This document shows, one piece after another, positions 1-13,575 of a stretch of DNA of 64,000 nt. The notes under the pieces are model-generated. The model was not told the DNA's origin, ran no database searches, and worked only from the letters and a program-made list of their open reading frames with translations. The stretch is from Octopus sinensis (Eukaryota), in contig NC_042999.1 in assembly GCF_006345805.1 (NCBI RefSeq), positions 84,506,001 through 84,570,000 of the forward strand, read 5' to 3'. The stretch's first letter is position 1. Each line of letters starts with the position of its first letter. The translations under genes were made by a program, and so were the position numbers.

Positions 1-739
1 ATTTCTTAGCTCACGATATGAAAATTGTTATCAATACTTCCTAGTCCTGCCCTGCTTTTATACTTGATGGATTTTTCCATCAACCTAATTGTTGTTTTGA
101 AGCCTACATTTTATTTCAATTTCGTTTCCCTTTCTTTTGCTTGTATAGAAACAATTACTTTTCTATTGTTTTTATTGAACTAGTTCTTTCGATTTATTTC
201 TGAATGCTAATGCGTTTCCTTTTCTGGTACGTGTATAAATTATTTGATTGTTTTTTTTTATTAAAAATCATATAAGTGTCTAACAAGTATTATTTGTACT
301 TACAGCTGTTTTCTTTGCATTTATATCCCCATTTCGCTTTGATTTGTTTATATGTACACAACGTTTATGCACATATTACATATTATTTTAGCAGCATATT
401 TTGAATAATATATTCGCAATTATTTCTGTGAAATAACAATTAACTGTTTGCGGTTAGTTTTGAAGTTGGCGATGAATGGAAGTCTACTATTAGTATTATT
501 ATTCTTATTTCTTATCATAAGCAGCAGCGACAGAGGCAACAGCAGCCGTTCAAGAATTTAGACCTGGAGATCTCCATTTCCAGCGATTTCGAGGGCCACC
601 TCCCAGTGGTGTCGGGCGTCAACGAAGAGCCTGCGACTACAACAAGACGACCAAACTTTTTTATTTTTCCAAGGTCTGGGGTGTCCCGCCCCTAAGCTCT
701 AGACCATCACCTAATCACCCTTATCCGTCTTGTTGCTTA

Positions 740-1180
740 ACAAAAACAACAACAACAGCAGCAGCAGCATCCTTTTCATCGTTATCATATTCGGTCTCTT
801 CGCCTTTCGATGTTCACTAGCCGATATTGAGTTTCAAAATAAGTTGAAATTCCGTAAACTTAGGTATAAAGGACATTTTTCGTAATCCTTTTATGCACGC
901 AAACAGATTTTCTGTAGCACCAGGATATTCATCTCAATATTCAACATCGTCAATTAGCCATACAACTTGCTTTGCACAGTCCCTAAACGTTCTATTGCAA
1001 TTGGGATAACAATAACTTAATTCCAGATTCTTCGGAGATTGAACAAGTGCCGATTGTCTGTTCCACAAGCACTTCGTCTTGTGCTAGGTCCTGATAGTTC
1101 TCAATTTTCAAAGCTTTATTAATATTCATTTAACTATCATATAGTGTTGCAATGTCAATGATCTTCGGCTTTTCCTATCT
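740..1180 (-). mobile_element. Old REL-endonuclease LINE 3' fragment
   Basis: Broken frames KIIDIATLYD...KIENYQDL and LRRIWN*VIVIPIAIERLGTV are homologous to the 19.1-kb ORF. Confidence 0.65.
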
Positions 1181-1215
1181 TAAAGGCCATATCCGGTCTC
1201 CTTGCTTCATGGACA

Positions 1216-1432
1216 TTCTTTTATTTGTTTCAGTCATTTGACTGCGGCCATGCTGGAGCACCGCCTTTAGTCGAGCATATCGACCCCAGAACTTATTCTT
1301 TGTAAGCCTACTACTTATTCTATCGGTCTGTCTTGCCGAACCGCTAGATGACGGGGATGTAAACACACCAGCATCGGTTGTCAAGCAATATTGATGGGGG
1401 ACAAACAGACACACAAACATATATATATGTAT
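1216..1432 (-). mobile_element. SINE family A, 3' half (split copy)
   Basis: Matches the tail of the intact copies at 20535 and 47490. Confidence 0.85.
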
Positions 1433-1606
1433 AACGTAAGGTGTATTAGCCATCTGAATGTAGCTAGCCACTGGCGGGGGGGGGGGGTGTTACTGATGCT
1501 TTTAGCCCCAGGCGATCAACGTCACCAGAAGGACTTTAGACACTATCTCAGTGACCTTGTGTTATTTGCAAAGAGAGGTCATCCTCCCTCGAAGACCCGA
1601 GTACTA

Positions 1607-1651
1607 CATACGGACTATAGTTTCAAGGTAATTGCCTTTCGTCAACGCATG
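1607..1651 (-). ncRNA. Type I hammerhead ribozyme motif, second copy in the left arm
   Basis: Exact reverse complement of the 45-nt motif at 2263-2307. Confidence 0.8.
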
Positions 1652-2262
1652 GTAAACACCGGTCTTCGATGAAGGAGTCCTCTTGCAAATAAATATATAA
1701 CGTTTTTCACAGCAACCACTGACACTGATTTAGAAAAACTGTCTGAAAACAATAATAAATCTCTGAACGAGATATAAACAGTAACCGCTCGACAACGTAA
1801 GGTGTATTAGCCATCTGAATGTGGCTAGCCACTGGGGGGGTGTTACTGATGCTTTTAGCCCCAGGCGATCAACGTCACCAGAAGGACTTTAGACACTATC
1901 TCAGTGCCCTTGTGTTATTTGCAAAGGGAGGTCATCCTCCCTCAAAGACCCGAGTACTACATACGGACTATAGTATCAAGGTAATTTTGCAAATAACACA
2001 AGGGCACTGAGATAGTGTCTAAAGTCCTTCTGGTGACGTTGATCGCCTTGGGCTAAAAGCATCAGTAACCCCCCACCCCCAGTGGCTAGCCACATTCAGA
2101 TGGCTAATACACCTTACGTTGTCGAGAGGTTACTGTTTATATCTCGTTCAGAGATTTATTATTGTTTTCAGACAGTTTTTCTAAATCAGTGTCAGTGGTT
2201 GCTGTGAAAAACGTTATATATTTATTTGCAAGAGGACTCCTTCATCGAAGGCCGGTGTTTAC

Positions 2263-2307
2263 CATGCGTTGACGAAAGGCAATTACCTTGAAACTATAGT
2301 CCGTATG
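2263..2307 (+). ncRNA. Type I hammerhead ribozyme motif (U3 variant), predicted cleavage after GUC at 2301
   Basis: CATGCG-TTGACGA-AAGG-caatta-CCTT-GAAA-CTATAG-TC-CGTATG. Helix I CATGCG/CGTATG, helix II AAGG/CCTT, palindromic helix III ACTATAGT. Core deviates only at C3 to U. Confidence 0.8.
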
Positions 2308-2518
2308 TAGTACTCGGGTCTTCGAGGGAGGATGACCTCCTTTGCAAATAACACAAGGGCACTGAGATAGTGTCTAAAGTCCTTCTGGTGACGTTGATCG
2401 CCTGGGGATAAAAGCATCAGTAACACCCCTCCCCAGTGGCTAGCCACATTCAGATGGCTAATACACCTTACGTTGTCGAGCGGTTACTGTTTATATCTCG
2501 TTCGGAGATTTATTATTG

Positions 2519-2555
<37 letters not shown>

Positions 2556-2558
<3 letters not shown>

Positions 2559-2719
2559 GACGGGCCTCTTTCAATTTCCGTCTACCAAATCCACTCACAA
2601 GCCTTTGGTCGGCCCGAGGCTATAGTAGAAGGCACTTGCCCAAGTTGCAACGCAGTGGGACTGAACCCGGAACCATGTGGTTGGTAAGCAAGCTACTTAC
2701 CACACAGCTACTCCTGCGC
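2556..2719 (-). mobile_element. SINE family A, 5' tRNA-like half (split copy)
   Basis: Reverse complement of GCGCAGGAGTAGCTGTGTGGTAAG...GGTTCAGTCCC...GGAAATTGAAAGAGGCCCGTCG. Confidence 0.85.
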
Positions 2720-5367
2720 ATATGAGTATAATCAGTTTCTATAGAGAAACCCCACAAACCTTGTAATTACGATTTCACATCACGTCTGGTTCATGGTCGT
2801 ACTACATTTATGTCATTCGAATTCACAAACTTACTTAGATTCAGATTCACTCTTTCACGGCTACTCACTTAAGAGATGGTTAGTACTTTCGTCACTCGTT
2901 CTAAACATTCTACATTTACAATCTCACTGAGTTTTATCCATCTTTGTGTTTATGGAATTCGTTAAAATGAGTCTTTCTTGAGCACCTATAAGCAGTGATT
3001 TAGTTGCTCGTTTCTGGTTTCCATTTTCAGTAACAACTGCGTTCTTTACTTCGAAAATACTCGAATTGTTGCATGCATCAGCCATATAATATATTCTCTT
3101 TCCATTTATTTTTTTCTTCATTCTGTTCTTGAATTCTTACATTGTTTTAGTATCATTATATTTATTGGTATTAAGATAGCCAGCTGGCAGAATACTTAAT
3201 GCGACATAGAGAAAGTTTTGCAACATTTCATCCGGCTATTTACTTTGAGTTCTAATTCTGCTGAGATCATCTTTGCCTTTCAACCCTCAGCGATTGATAA
3301 AATTACATTTACACTGATATGCTAGAGTCGATAAAATCGACTAAACCCTCATCATTAAAGCTACTGGACATGGGATACTACTACTGCTACTACTATTATT
3401 GCTACCACTACTGCTGTTGCTATTGTTCCTGCTGCTATGCTGCTGCTGATTTGCTGCTACTGCTGCTACTACTGCTACAACCACTACTACTAACATTATT
3501 ATTATTATTATTTCTATTATGCTTGTTGCACAGCATTTGTTGCTGACAGTGTAATATAGAGGCCAACCGTCAACAACCAGTGGACTGAAGTGTCACCTTC
3601 TGCTGTCAAGCACTGGACTTTTGGAAGTATTCTAACTACATCTTCATGTAACACTCCATAGAATACGTGTGTGAGATGTTGAGTGTTACAAGTTCGGGTA
3701 CCGATTTTGTAAAAGCATACTCAGGAACGTGTTTCAAATGTAAAATGGCCTTCTTCGGAATTTAAACTATAGTTGCATCCCATACTCGAACTATCTGCTG
3801 TACAGCGTTCCACAACTTCTTCAATAGTCATCTCTGAATGAAATTAGTGTGACTGGTGGTTTATTAGAAAAATGCGTGTCAAAGTTGAAAACTATCCAGG
3901 CAAGTATCGCCTTAGGGTTTCATCTTAGGATCAATAATACATCATTGTGAGTATAATCCCAAAGATGTATTGGGCAAGTATTGTCTCTTTGTGTATAGAT
4001 ATGATATATAAACAGGCGCACAAGCACACACACAAACGTACACAAACGTATGTATCTATGTATTATATGTATGAATACATACGTGCACACACGTACACAC
4101 ACACGCACACACATATATATTCATATACATGTATAATGTTCGCTTTTATGTCAAGTCATATATAGGAAGAATTAAACTTAGGGATTACTCATTCATGTAT
4201 TTTCAGCAGGGTAGATATTCATTAACTGTTGCAAAGAAATTTGACCATGGTTTCAAAGATTCGGGTTCTTTGTCTTCATATTATACATACACACACACAC
4301 ATACAATATTAAAGATTCAGGAGAGAATCATGTGCTTAAATGATAGGCACAAGTTTGAGTCAAACTAACTTGTAAACATCACTTTCAGTCGAATAAATAT
4401 AGTGGGTACTGAAGTACATCCAGGAAATTCAGATTATTCATACGGAGAATTTATCCTTTAGGAGTATTTAACGCCTAGAGTTTGGTCCAAAGGGTACGTT
4501 GTATACGTAGCACGGTGTTTGGCATAGTGAAGTATGTCCGACAGGTCGGGAAATCCCTTTTTGTGTATTATGAGCAATTAAATAAATAACAAACACTGAA
4601 TAAATTTCAGTTCATTATAGCTGTTTCTAACGCATTTTTAATAGATGAATGAGTACATTATATCATAGCAAAAAACCGTTTTCATCAGATGATACTTAGA
4701 ATTTCAAATAAGAGAAGAACAACCCATGAACACAGTAGGACACAACTACACTCCACCTCAAGCTGGCCGGGAATGAGAGAATAAACATAAGGCTATAAAT
4801 GACCATTAAAAGAGCTTGAAAGACATAGAGTTTAGTTAGTGGGTAGGAGTAACAGAAGATTTATAGCCACCATACCAGTTAGCGTGCATATCAAGATTGG
4901 GGGATGGAAGATGGAGTCAGTTAGACTGGTTCATTATCAACACCTAAAGATGAAGTATAGTTAATTGACTATAATTTCAAAGATTCGGCTTAAATAAGTA
5001 TCTTAATGCTATTCATTTTATTACACTAGGATTTGAAATGTGAATAGCAAGAATTCAACCCAAAATCAAGTAATTGAAACGCAACTAAACATTCAATATG
5101 AGTGCAACATATACTTATGCAAAATTAAAATTTAACAGAAGGAGAAAGAGACCCCATTCATAATTTAGAGTTATACGGGAGATGATGGTTATTAAAATGA
5201 GAATGGGAGAGGGTGAGTTGGAACTCTGATAGTTAAATAAAAATCGCTTATCAAAAACTATCGGACATATATATATATATATACACACACATACATTCAT
5301 ACATACATACATACATACATACATACATACATGCATGCATGCATGCATGCATGCATACATACATACA

Positions 5368-5398
<31 letters not shown>

Positions 5399-5399
<1 letters not shown>

Positions 5400-5560
5400 A
5401 CGGGCTTCTTTCAGCTTCCGTCTACCAAACCTGCTCAGCAAGCTTTGCTCGGTCCAGGGCTAACATAGAGGACACTTGCCCAAGGTGCCACGCGGTGAGA
5501 CTGAGCCCCGAACCATGTGTTTGGGAAGCAAGCTTCTTACCACACAGTCATGACTACACC
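5399..5560 (-). mobile_element. SINE family A, 5' half
   Basis: Diverged match to the family A head. Confidence 0.75.
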
Positions 5561-6193
5561 TACATATAGAGAAAGGGACATGCGTATTTGTGTTTGCTTG
5601 CGAGGAGTATATGCTTAAAGATAAGGTGCACGTGTGTGTTTGGGTGCGTGTGTAGTGTTATGCACAAACGCTTTATTTTCTGTGTATGTATGTTTTTGCA
5701 TGTTAGAGAGAGAGCCAGAGGGAGTGAGAGAGAGGGAGAGAGAGTCAAAGTTTGTATGTTTGTGTCAGTCTGTGAGTGCACGATTAAGTGTACTACGCAT
5801 ACATGTGCGTTTGTCATTTTTATTACTGCGTGTGGTGCACTTCAAGAAATTTCTTTCTGCTGTGACTCAGATAACATATCATTTTGTTCTGTATCGTTTC
5901 AGATGAATATCCAAAAAGAATGCATCTAATATAGAGTTCGTGAAGTTTGACCCTTTGCCCTCCTCAATGTCTACATCTGAAGAATTCAATATTGCTACTG
6001 AAATATATTTCCTGAATATGAAAGCTGATCTCCAAGAAATGTCTTTATCTTTATCAAGATACTGTCTGATGCTCGGTAACTGATTTTACTTTTATATCGA
6101 AATATATATGTCCCTTAATATAATATATATATATATTATATCTACAGACATAGATACTTAGATAGATATGTATACATCTCTGTCTCTGTCTCA

Positions 6194-6271
<78 letters not shown>

Positions 6272-6539
6272 GAGGAGGTGGGTATACATGTACATATATA
6301 AGAGAGAAGGAGAGAGAGCGAGAGAGAGTGGGAGAGAGAGAAAGAGAGAGAAATAACCGATTATATATATGCGCATGTGCTTATAGTGAATCCTTTTTTT
6401 TCCTAAGATTTATTATATTATATTTGTATATATAATTCTTTTTATTTCATATTCATTTGCTTTTCGCAATAAGTTAAAGAAAATACAGATGCATTCACAC
6501 ACACACACATACATGCACAACGCACAAACACACACACAC

Positions 6540-6595
<56 letters not shown>

Positions 6596-6905
6596 GTATT
6601 TACGTATGTATGCATATATATATGAATATATATATGATTGTATAGATACATATATGCATACGCACATAGATATGCATAAATAATAGTTGCATATATTAAC
6701 TTGAAATATAGATCAATTTGGACGACGATGCAGAAAAGGCCAATACATATTAAGTGGAAGAAAATAAGATTGTGTGATGTTCATGCCTTACTGTAATTCC
6801 GTTATTTTATAGCATTGACTATATTCTCAATAATAATCTATACGTATAGTCACAGATACAAAGATATAAGTATATAATGCATATATAAATATAATGTATA
6901 TGTAA

Positions 6906-7002
<97 letters not shown>

Positions 7003-7233
7003 TAATATATATACTGATACATGTATATATGCATAAAATATAGTATATATGCGTGAGTATAAATAGATATACATATATACGTATAAATCTGCGTATATAT
7101 GTATAAATGTATTTATCTAACATAACTACAGATGTCAGTCTAGTTATGGATATATAAATATATATATTGCTTGCTCCTGTATCAATATTTCTATTTATCT
7201 TTCTCTCTTTCTCCCTCTCTGTCTCTCTTTCTC

Positions 7234-7271
<38 letters not shown>

Positions 7272-7654
7272 ACTGCATATATATGTATAGACAGATAGGC
7301 ATTGAATGTTACAATGGACGGGGTTTTTTTTAGTTCGAGAAGGGTTTCACGATCCACACGCAAACTTTGTATTCCATGAAATTACCTCTTCCAGTATAAT
7401 CGAGCCAGTGAAAGGAGACGAAAGTCTCTGTGGTATAAATGATACGAATTCAAATAATACTGAGGCTAGATATTCCACAAAATAAACCAATATTGCTGTC
7501 ACGACAACTTCATCTTTTTTAACGTCATATCGTGCGTTTATCATCGTGATCTGGATCAGCATCAACATTAGAATATATTGTTGATCATCATGACGATGAC
7601 GATGATTAGCCGAACTACGACCATAACTAAATTCTTTGTTTTATCGTTTGCCAT

Positions 7655-7705
<51 letters not shown>

Positions 7706-8466
7706 CACACACACACACAAACATTTATATGCATATATCTATACACATGTATATAGAGAGAGTCTACGTTTAACAGATTCACAGAGTACTGGTCAGCCCG
7801 GGGTTGTAGTAGTAGACAGACTGAATCTGTGGGACATGTGTATATATCCTGGGTATGATTTTAACCTGCATCCGGTTGTGGGATTCTGGTTCAGAAATTC
7901 TAGGGTTCTGAGGAGTGTGGGACCACCTCTTAGACACTATTTTCTCCAAGTCTACTCTGACCCTCATTTGTAGCACCTATTAGGTTCCTAGCTATATGTT
8001 AACCACCATACGAGCGCTGGGACATAAAAATACTTGTGTTGGTATCCGCGGGGGCGCAGGATGAACACTTGAAGTGAAGGGCTCTTGGTCTTTGTTAAGG
8101 CATTACTCTAGGAGGAGGCTAACTTGTGTATAAAATCCGATACTCTACTGAGCCTGGCGTCTTGCACTTTGCTTGCTTCTAGGTTCCTTGGTATTGCTTA
8201 TGAGAGTCGTCGTGGCGTTGTGCAAGCCATACCCGACTTAAAGCCCGTTCACAAATTGTCAGCAATGGCCATGGTCGTCTAAGGTGTAGAAGCTATCACT
8301 GAAGATATTTAAACGTAATCCAAAACACTACCACATTAAAAGTTCAACAAAATCAATTAATTTGGTGGTAGTTATTGTAGTAGTGTTCTACGTCGTTACA
8401 AGCCAAAAAGTATCAACTTAACATACAAATGCAATAATACAGAGTAAAAAAGTTGAGACACCCTTC

Positions 8467-8776
8467 GGTTATGATTGACCATGGGTTTGCACCTAGAAAG
8501 TTACCCTCCCAAGCACAAGTCCGGGCAAGGTTGTTTATGGAAGATCTGTAGTCGCCCATGCATAACGGCCTCCCCTCTCCACGTCACCAGTGTTATCCAA
8601 GGGAAAGGCAAAGGCCGATACAGTTTGGCACCTGTGACGTCGCAACTCATTTCTACAACTGAATGAACTGGAGCAACGTAAAATAAAGTGTCTTGCTCAA
8701 GAACACAACACGCAGCCTGGTCCGGGATTCGAACTCACAACCTCGACGCTCTAACCACTGAGCCATGCGGCTTCAC
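8467..8776 (-). mobile_element. SINE family D
   Basis: Minus head GCATGGCTCAGTGGTTAGAGCG...GAGTTCGAATCCC (A and B boxes) followed by TTCTTGAGCAAGACACTT. Confidence 0.8.
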
Positions 8777-8949
8777 TCGAGTAAAAAAAAAAGTATAGAT
8801 TGAATATATGTATGAAATGCACATCGAGGAGGAGACATAAGTCTTCGACGAATAACTACAGGAGGATCTAGAAGAAAAAATATTGAATGTTAATATTCAG
8901 CCTCCACAACTGTACAAATAAAACCCGCAATAGACAAACGAATATACAG

Positions 8950-9720
8950 ATGGAGATTAATACATGCATCGCATCCGAATACACGAAACACAAATGTCTT
9001 GAATATTCACACAACATAGAATATCAACGTTGAAAATCTTCTTGGAAGATTATTTGCATCCTTCCCCATATCCAAAAATGATAATTAAATAAGTCCACGG
9101 GATAAAATTAATCAACTAAGCGTATTCTGATAAACTAGTAGACTTAACTATGAAACAGTATAAGACACAAACAAATTGTGTCAAATAGTTGAGACATTAC
9201 ACAAAGCTTAAAATGTATTATGTGAATCAAAAGTACACTAAGAACAGAATCGATAATTGTATAAAAAAAAACATTTTAAAATAAAAAGCAGAATATGAAA
9301 CCATAAATTTACACTAATGATATACTACAGAAAAATATTAAAATTTAAAATTTTGTATCAATAACAAGCCACAAACATGCAAATCAGAAAACGCTGCTAA
9401 TGACAAAAGTAGTCAATAAATTCGATTATAAACGCGAATTAATGACTCCAGCTATTGATACTGATCGCGTTCTCGCCTGCTCTCGGTACGTTTACAAGAA
9501 AAATTTGCAATACAGTAACAACATGATATTAAACAAAACTACATGAGTAAACATCAGTGTGGATAAACTGATTTACCATTCATTGCAAAAACTGGGGATT
9601 GGTAATGAAAGAAACACTTCTACTGACACAAATATAGAGATGAGACAAATACGCTATAAGCAACAATATAGGCCTCACTGATGAGGATTAAATCTAACGG
9701 TAAAAAATGTAAAACGTGGC
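8950..9720 (+). mobile_element. Heavily decayed Penelope-like element (RT thumb to GIY-YIG) with HHR relic at 9678
   Basis: Broken peptides NQKYTKNRIDNCIKK, VVNKFDYK, RLLSVRLQE and NWGLVMKETLLL resemble PLE RT-linker/GIY-YIG segments. CTGATGA-GGAT-taa-ATCT follows the ORF end. Confidence 0.45.
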
Positions 9721-9953
9721 GCTAATATTTACAATAATCATATTGGCCCTTCCTACAAAAAAGTTGCAGAAACACATATGAACACCACTTCATCTTATAT
9801 CCCATCCTAAAGATTGAAGTAAATTGATGAAGGCTGTGAGAACATTATTATTCCGAAAGAAATGCTACCAGCTCATAAAACATTATTTTAAAAACCGTGC
9901 TAATAAACATAACACTATAACATAGTTGTGCTTTCAATATCTTACACACATGG

Positions 9954-10510
9954 AAGGCGGTAAGCTGGCACAATTGTTAGCACGCCGGGCGAAATGCTTA
10001 GCAGTATTTCGTCTGCCGTTACGTTCTGAGTTCAAATTCCGCCGAGGTCGACTTTGCCTTTCATCCTTTCGGGGTCGATAAATTAAGTACCAGTTACGCA
10101 CTGGGGTCGATGTAATCGACTTAATCTCTTTGTCTGTCCTTGTTTGTCCCCTCTATGTTTAGTCCCTTGTGGGCAATAAAGAAATAAGAAGCGTTAGCAC
10201 GCCGGGTGAAATGCTTAGCAGTAGTTCAAATGCCGCCGAGGCCGACTTTTTCTTTCATCATTTTGGGGGCGACAAACTAAGTACCAGTTATGTACTGGAG
10301 TCGATCTAGTCTACTGGTCCCCTCCTCCAAAATTTCGGGTCTTGTACCTAGATTGGAGGCGAATATCTTAGACACATGGAAGGCCGCGAACTAACAAAAA
10401 CGTTAGCACGCCGGGCGAAATGCTTAGCAGTATTTCGTCTGTCTTTACGTCCTGAGTTCATAATCCGCTGAGGTCGACTTTGCCTTTCATCTGTTCGAGT
10501 AGAAAAGAAT
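9954..10510 (+). mobile_element. SINE family B, three head-to-tail copies
   Basis: Repeated GTTAGCACGCCGGG.GAAATGCTTAGCAGTA...GAGG.CGACTTT at about 9975, 10193 and 10402. Confidence 0.9.
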
Positions 10511-10913
10511 ATCGTACACACATGAGCACACTTTAACGTACACGCACATATATATTACACGCACATACTGATAAGTGTGCAAACGAAAGAAAAGAGTAAA
10601 CAAAAATGTCGCGGAGGTTAAACATTTGTAGCTAAAATAGTTTGACTCAGGTCTGCATTGCTGAAAGTTTCAGAAGCGCATGAAGCACATCACGTCTTTC
10701 AGATGCGATGATCATCTTAGAGCGTTCAAGTGTATCTTAGTAATGCATATATGATTCAAAATATCGATTCATATATAAGTGTATATACGTACACTTGTGT
10801 TTGTGTGTGTATGTGTGCGGGAGAGAGACAGACAAATTAAGAGAGACACACAGTGAAAGTGTGTGTGTGTGTGTATGTGTGTGTGAGTGTGTGTGTATGT
10901 GTGTGTGTGTGAA

Positions 10914-10944
<31 letters not shown>

Positions 10945-11749
10945 TGTGTGTGTGTGTGTGGTGTGTGTGTGTGTGTGACTGCACCAACACTACTTAGGCG
11001 CAGTTCCAGCACTCCAACTATTAAACCAAGATATAATCTCGGAACACTAAGTTTGTTTTACATACTGAACACTAAGTTTCTTTTACATACTGGGGCCACA
11101 TATGAATGACTCGGAACAGCATTACTTTATTTTCAACACATTTGTATCATCGGTTAGATCAAATAAAGAATATTACTGGTATCACTGTTTCTTCGAACTC
11201 TTGAAAGCAAAACTCGACACATGATACGAATTCCCACCCAAGGATCAAATTAAACATATGACAACAAACTGCTTTATTTTTGATTGATCACGCTCTCATT
11301 TCAGGGCAGATGGTATATTACCACATTAATGGCTCTCAGAAGGATATCAGCAGACTAGTGGTAGTGAAATGAATTCAAACAAGCATCGAATCTGATTTAT
11401 CAAAAGCATGCTTATAGTAGCCTCCTCTATGATGTTTATCTAAGAATAATAAAATATTAATCAATTTTGAAAGTTCAGAAATGTTAAGTAAAACCTTTTG
11501 AAGCCACTGATTGAATAAGAAATGTTTTGAAGTCACGAAGAGTATGAAACAGAAATTTCAATACATAGGACGAAATGTTTGGGGCAATTTATTCGCTTTA
11601 GATGCTTATACTTTCTTAAGATTTTATGCGTTACTTTTATTCTTTTAATATTTAGTACATCCATATTCGTGCACGCATGCCTACAAAATATTTAGTACAA
11701 AGAGGAGAGCGATGCATTGCGGGCTGTCTCGAGTTATAGACATTCATGT

Positions 11750-11930
<181 letters not shown>

Positions 11931-12118
11931 AAAGAAGTATAGAAAGAAAATTTAGTTAAAAGGAAGAATTATTCAACCAATATGCACAATTTGAATAAAT
12001 TATGTAACTTTATGAAACTGTTTTGCCCACTTCTTCATTTCTTTCGGGATAACACTTGTATTTCCGTTACTACGAGTAAAGTGGTTGAACACCTGTAAAT
12101 ATGGCAATGAGGCGATGC

Positions 12119-12290
12119 AGCTAAAGTTCTAAAGTATTTTCCAGAGCAAGAAAACACATCTAAATATTCAAAAGTATATTCCTGAACAAGAAAACATCTC
12201 GAAAGTCTAAAATATTTTCCTGAAGAAGAAAACACATCTAAAAATTCTTAAGTATGGTCCTGAACAGGAAAGCGTATCAAAAATAAGGTC
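12119..12290 (+). repeat. About 39-bp minisatellite, four diverged units, coding-like
   Basis: Units translate as KVLKYFPEQENTS / KIQKYIPEQENIS / KVLKYFPEEENTS / KILKYGPEQESVS once single-base indels are allowed. Confidence 0.65.
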
Positions 12291-13130
12291 CGTGAACATC
12301 AAATGATGTATCCATGGTAATGGGACGCCGAAGTAAATGGTTAGTTAATAGTAATAAGAGCAACGACGGATTAATTATATTATTGCATTTATTATATCTG
12401 AAAGGAAAAAGGCTAAAATTGTATTCTAATGTCTTTGACTGTGGATCGTCTTGATCAGGGATGATCTAGGACGAAGCATCAAAAACAACATTGAAAACGA
12501 CTGTAGCAACATCATTACCGTTTATTGGACAATAAATCTTGCGATAGGCTGGCGCTCTATGAGGTGGAAAAGTATCATTCATCATCTTCACATAAATTCA
12601 GTATACGCTGTGATAATCCCAATAAATGAACAAGACGTCGCCATTTTTATTGTTTAAGCAAGTGGCTGAATCAAGCACATTTCGCTGTAAATAATTTTGT
12701 TTTCTGATCTCATATTCTAGTAGGCAGTGACCTAGAATTAAATTGAAAACAAAAATAAACTTCACTAAAGAACAATTAAAGATTAAAATATTCAATTCCA
12801 GACACTACACTTAAAATATAAACTGATTTACATAACCATTATCTTTGCTGCCTCTTTTGTCTTGTGCTATATTTTATTTTCGTCTTAAAAAAAAACAAAA
12901 TGTTCTCCCTCCCTCCCTCTCTCTCTCTCTTTCTTTCAACTTCACAAACATACACATAAATGTGAAGCGTACGTGAATGTGTTTAGATGTTAGCTGCAAG
13001 CCGCAAACGCGCGTACATCAGCACATATATATCCTCAAGTAGACATGTATGTTATATGAGTATGTATGAATGGGTACCATAAAACAAACAACGGACAAAT
13101 ATATATATGTGCGTGTTTATGTGTGTGTGC

Positions 13131-13208
<78 letters not shown>

Positions 13209-13534
13209 GTGCCTGTATATATATATATGTGTGTGGTGTGTGTGTGTGTGTGTGTGAGGAGAGAGAAAAAGAGAGGGAGGGCTCGTACATATGTGTATCC
13301 TTGTCTGTACGTGTGAATAATAGTATGGAAAAAGAAATTGCAAGGAAACCATACGCACAAATGGTACATGTGTGCATTTGTGAGTGAGTATGTGTTTGGA
13401 TATGTGTGTGTCTCTAACTGTGTCTGTGTGTGTGTGTACGTGTGCGTATGGGTGTGTGTTTGTATATGTATCCATTTATATACCAAAACATGCATAAATA
13501 TATAAAAACATACACTATGCACACACACACACAC

Positions 13535-13575
<41 letters not shown>

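Larger units (their letters stand above)
1433..2520. mobile_element. Retrozyme/PLE-like insert: 361-bp tandem monomers in two head-to-head arms (about 1.09-kb imperfect palindrome) inside the (TA)n of a SINE
   Basis: AACGTAAGGTGTATTAGCC recurs at 1433 and 1794 (period 361). 1433-1924 is the reverse complement of 1987-2474, with a 62-nt spacer. Each full monomer contains a hammerhead motif. SINE halves flank both sides. Confidence 0.85.

Noticed and set aside
1391-2010. ORFs MMGDKQ... and MWLATGG... in the palindrome
   Set aside because: They start in SINE or repeat sequence and have no recognisable domain. The unit is better explained as structured RNA.
1433-2520. CRISPR-like or classical TIR transposon interpretation
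   Set aside because: Units are 361 bp with no spacers, the arms end at different monomer positions, and there is no transposase or clear TSD.
2924-3121. Minus ORF MADACNNSSIFEVKNAVVTENG... with possible GTGAGA donor
   Set aside because: Protein-like composition but short, with no recognised homology.
3650-3850. Minus-strand TIEEVVER / WDATIV*IPKK, LINE RT-like
   Set aside because: Too decayed to delimit or classify.
4611-4649. Minus-strand TTCAT...GAAA-CAGCTA-TA-ATGAA in hammerhead register
   Set aside because: The core reads CTATTAA (three changes) and helix II is poor. At best a dead relic, so it is not counted.
5903-6075. Good plus-strand acceptor (TTTCAG) and donor (GTAACT)
   Set aside because: All three frames contain a stop at or near the start. 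Possible non-coding exon but unsupported.
7415-7428. GAGAC-GAAA-GTCTC hairpin
   Set aside because: Isolated GNRA-loop hairpin with no CUGANGA in register. Expected by chance.
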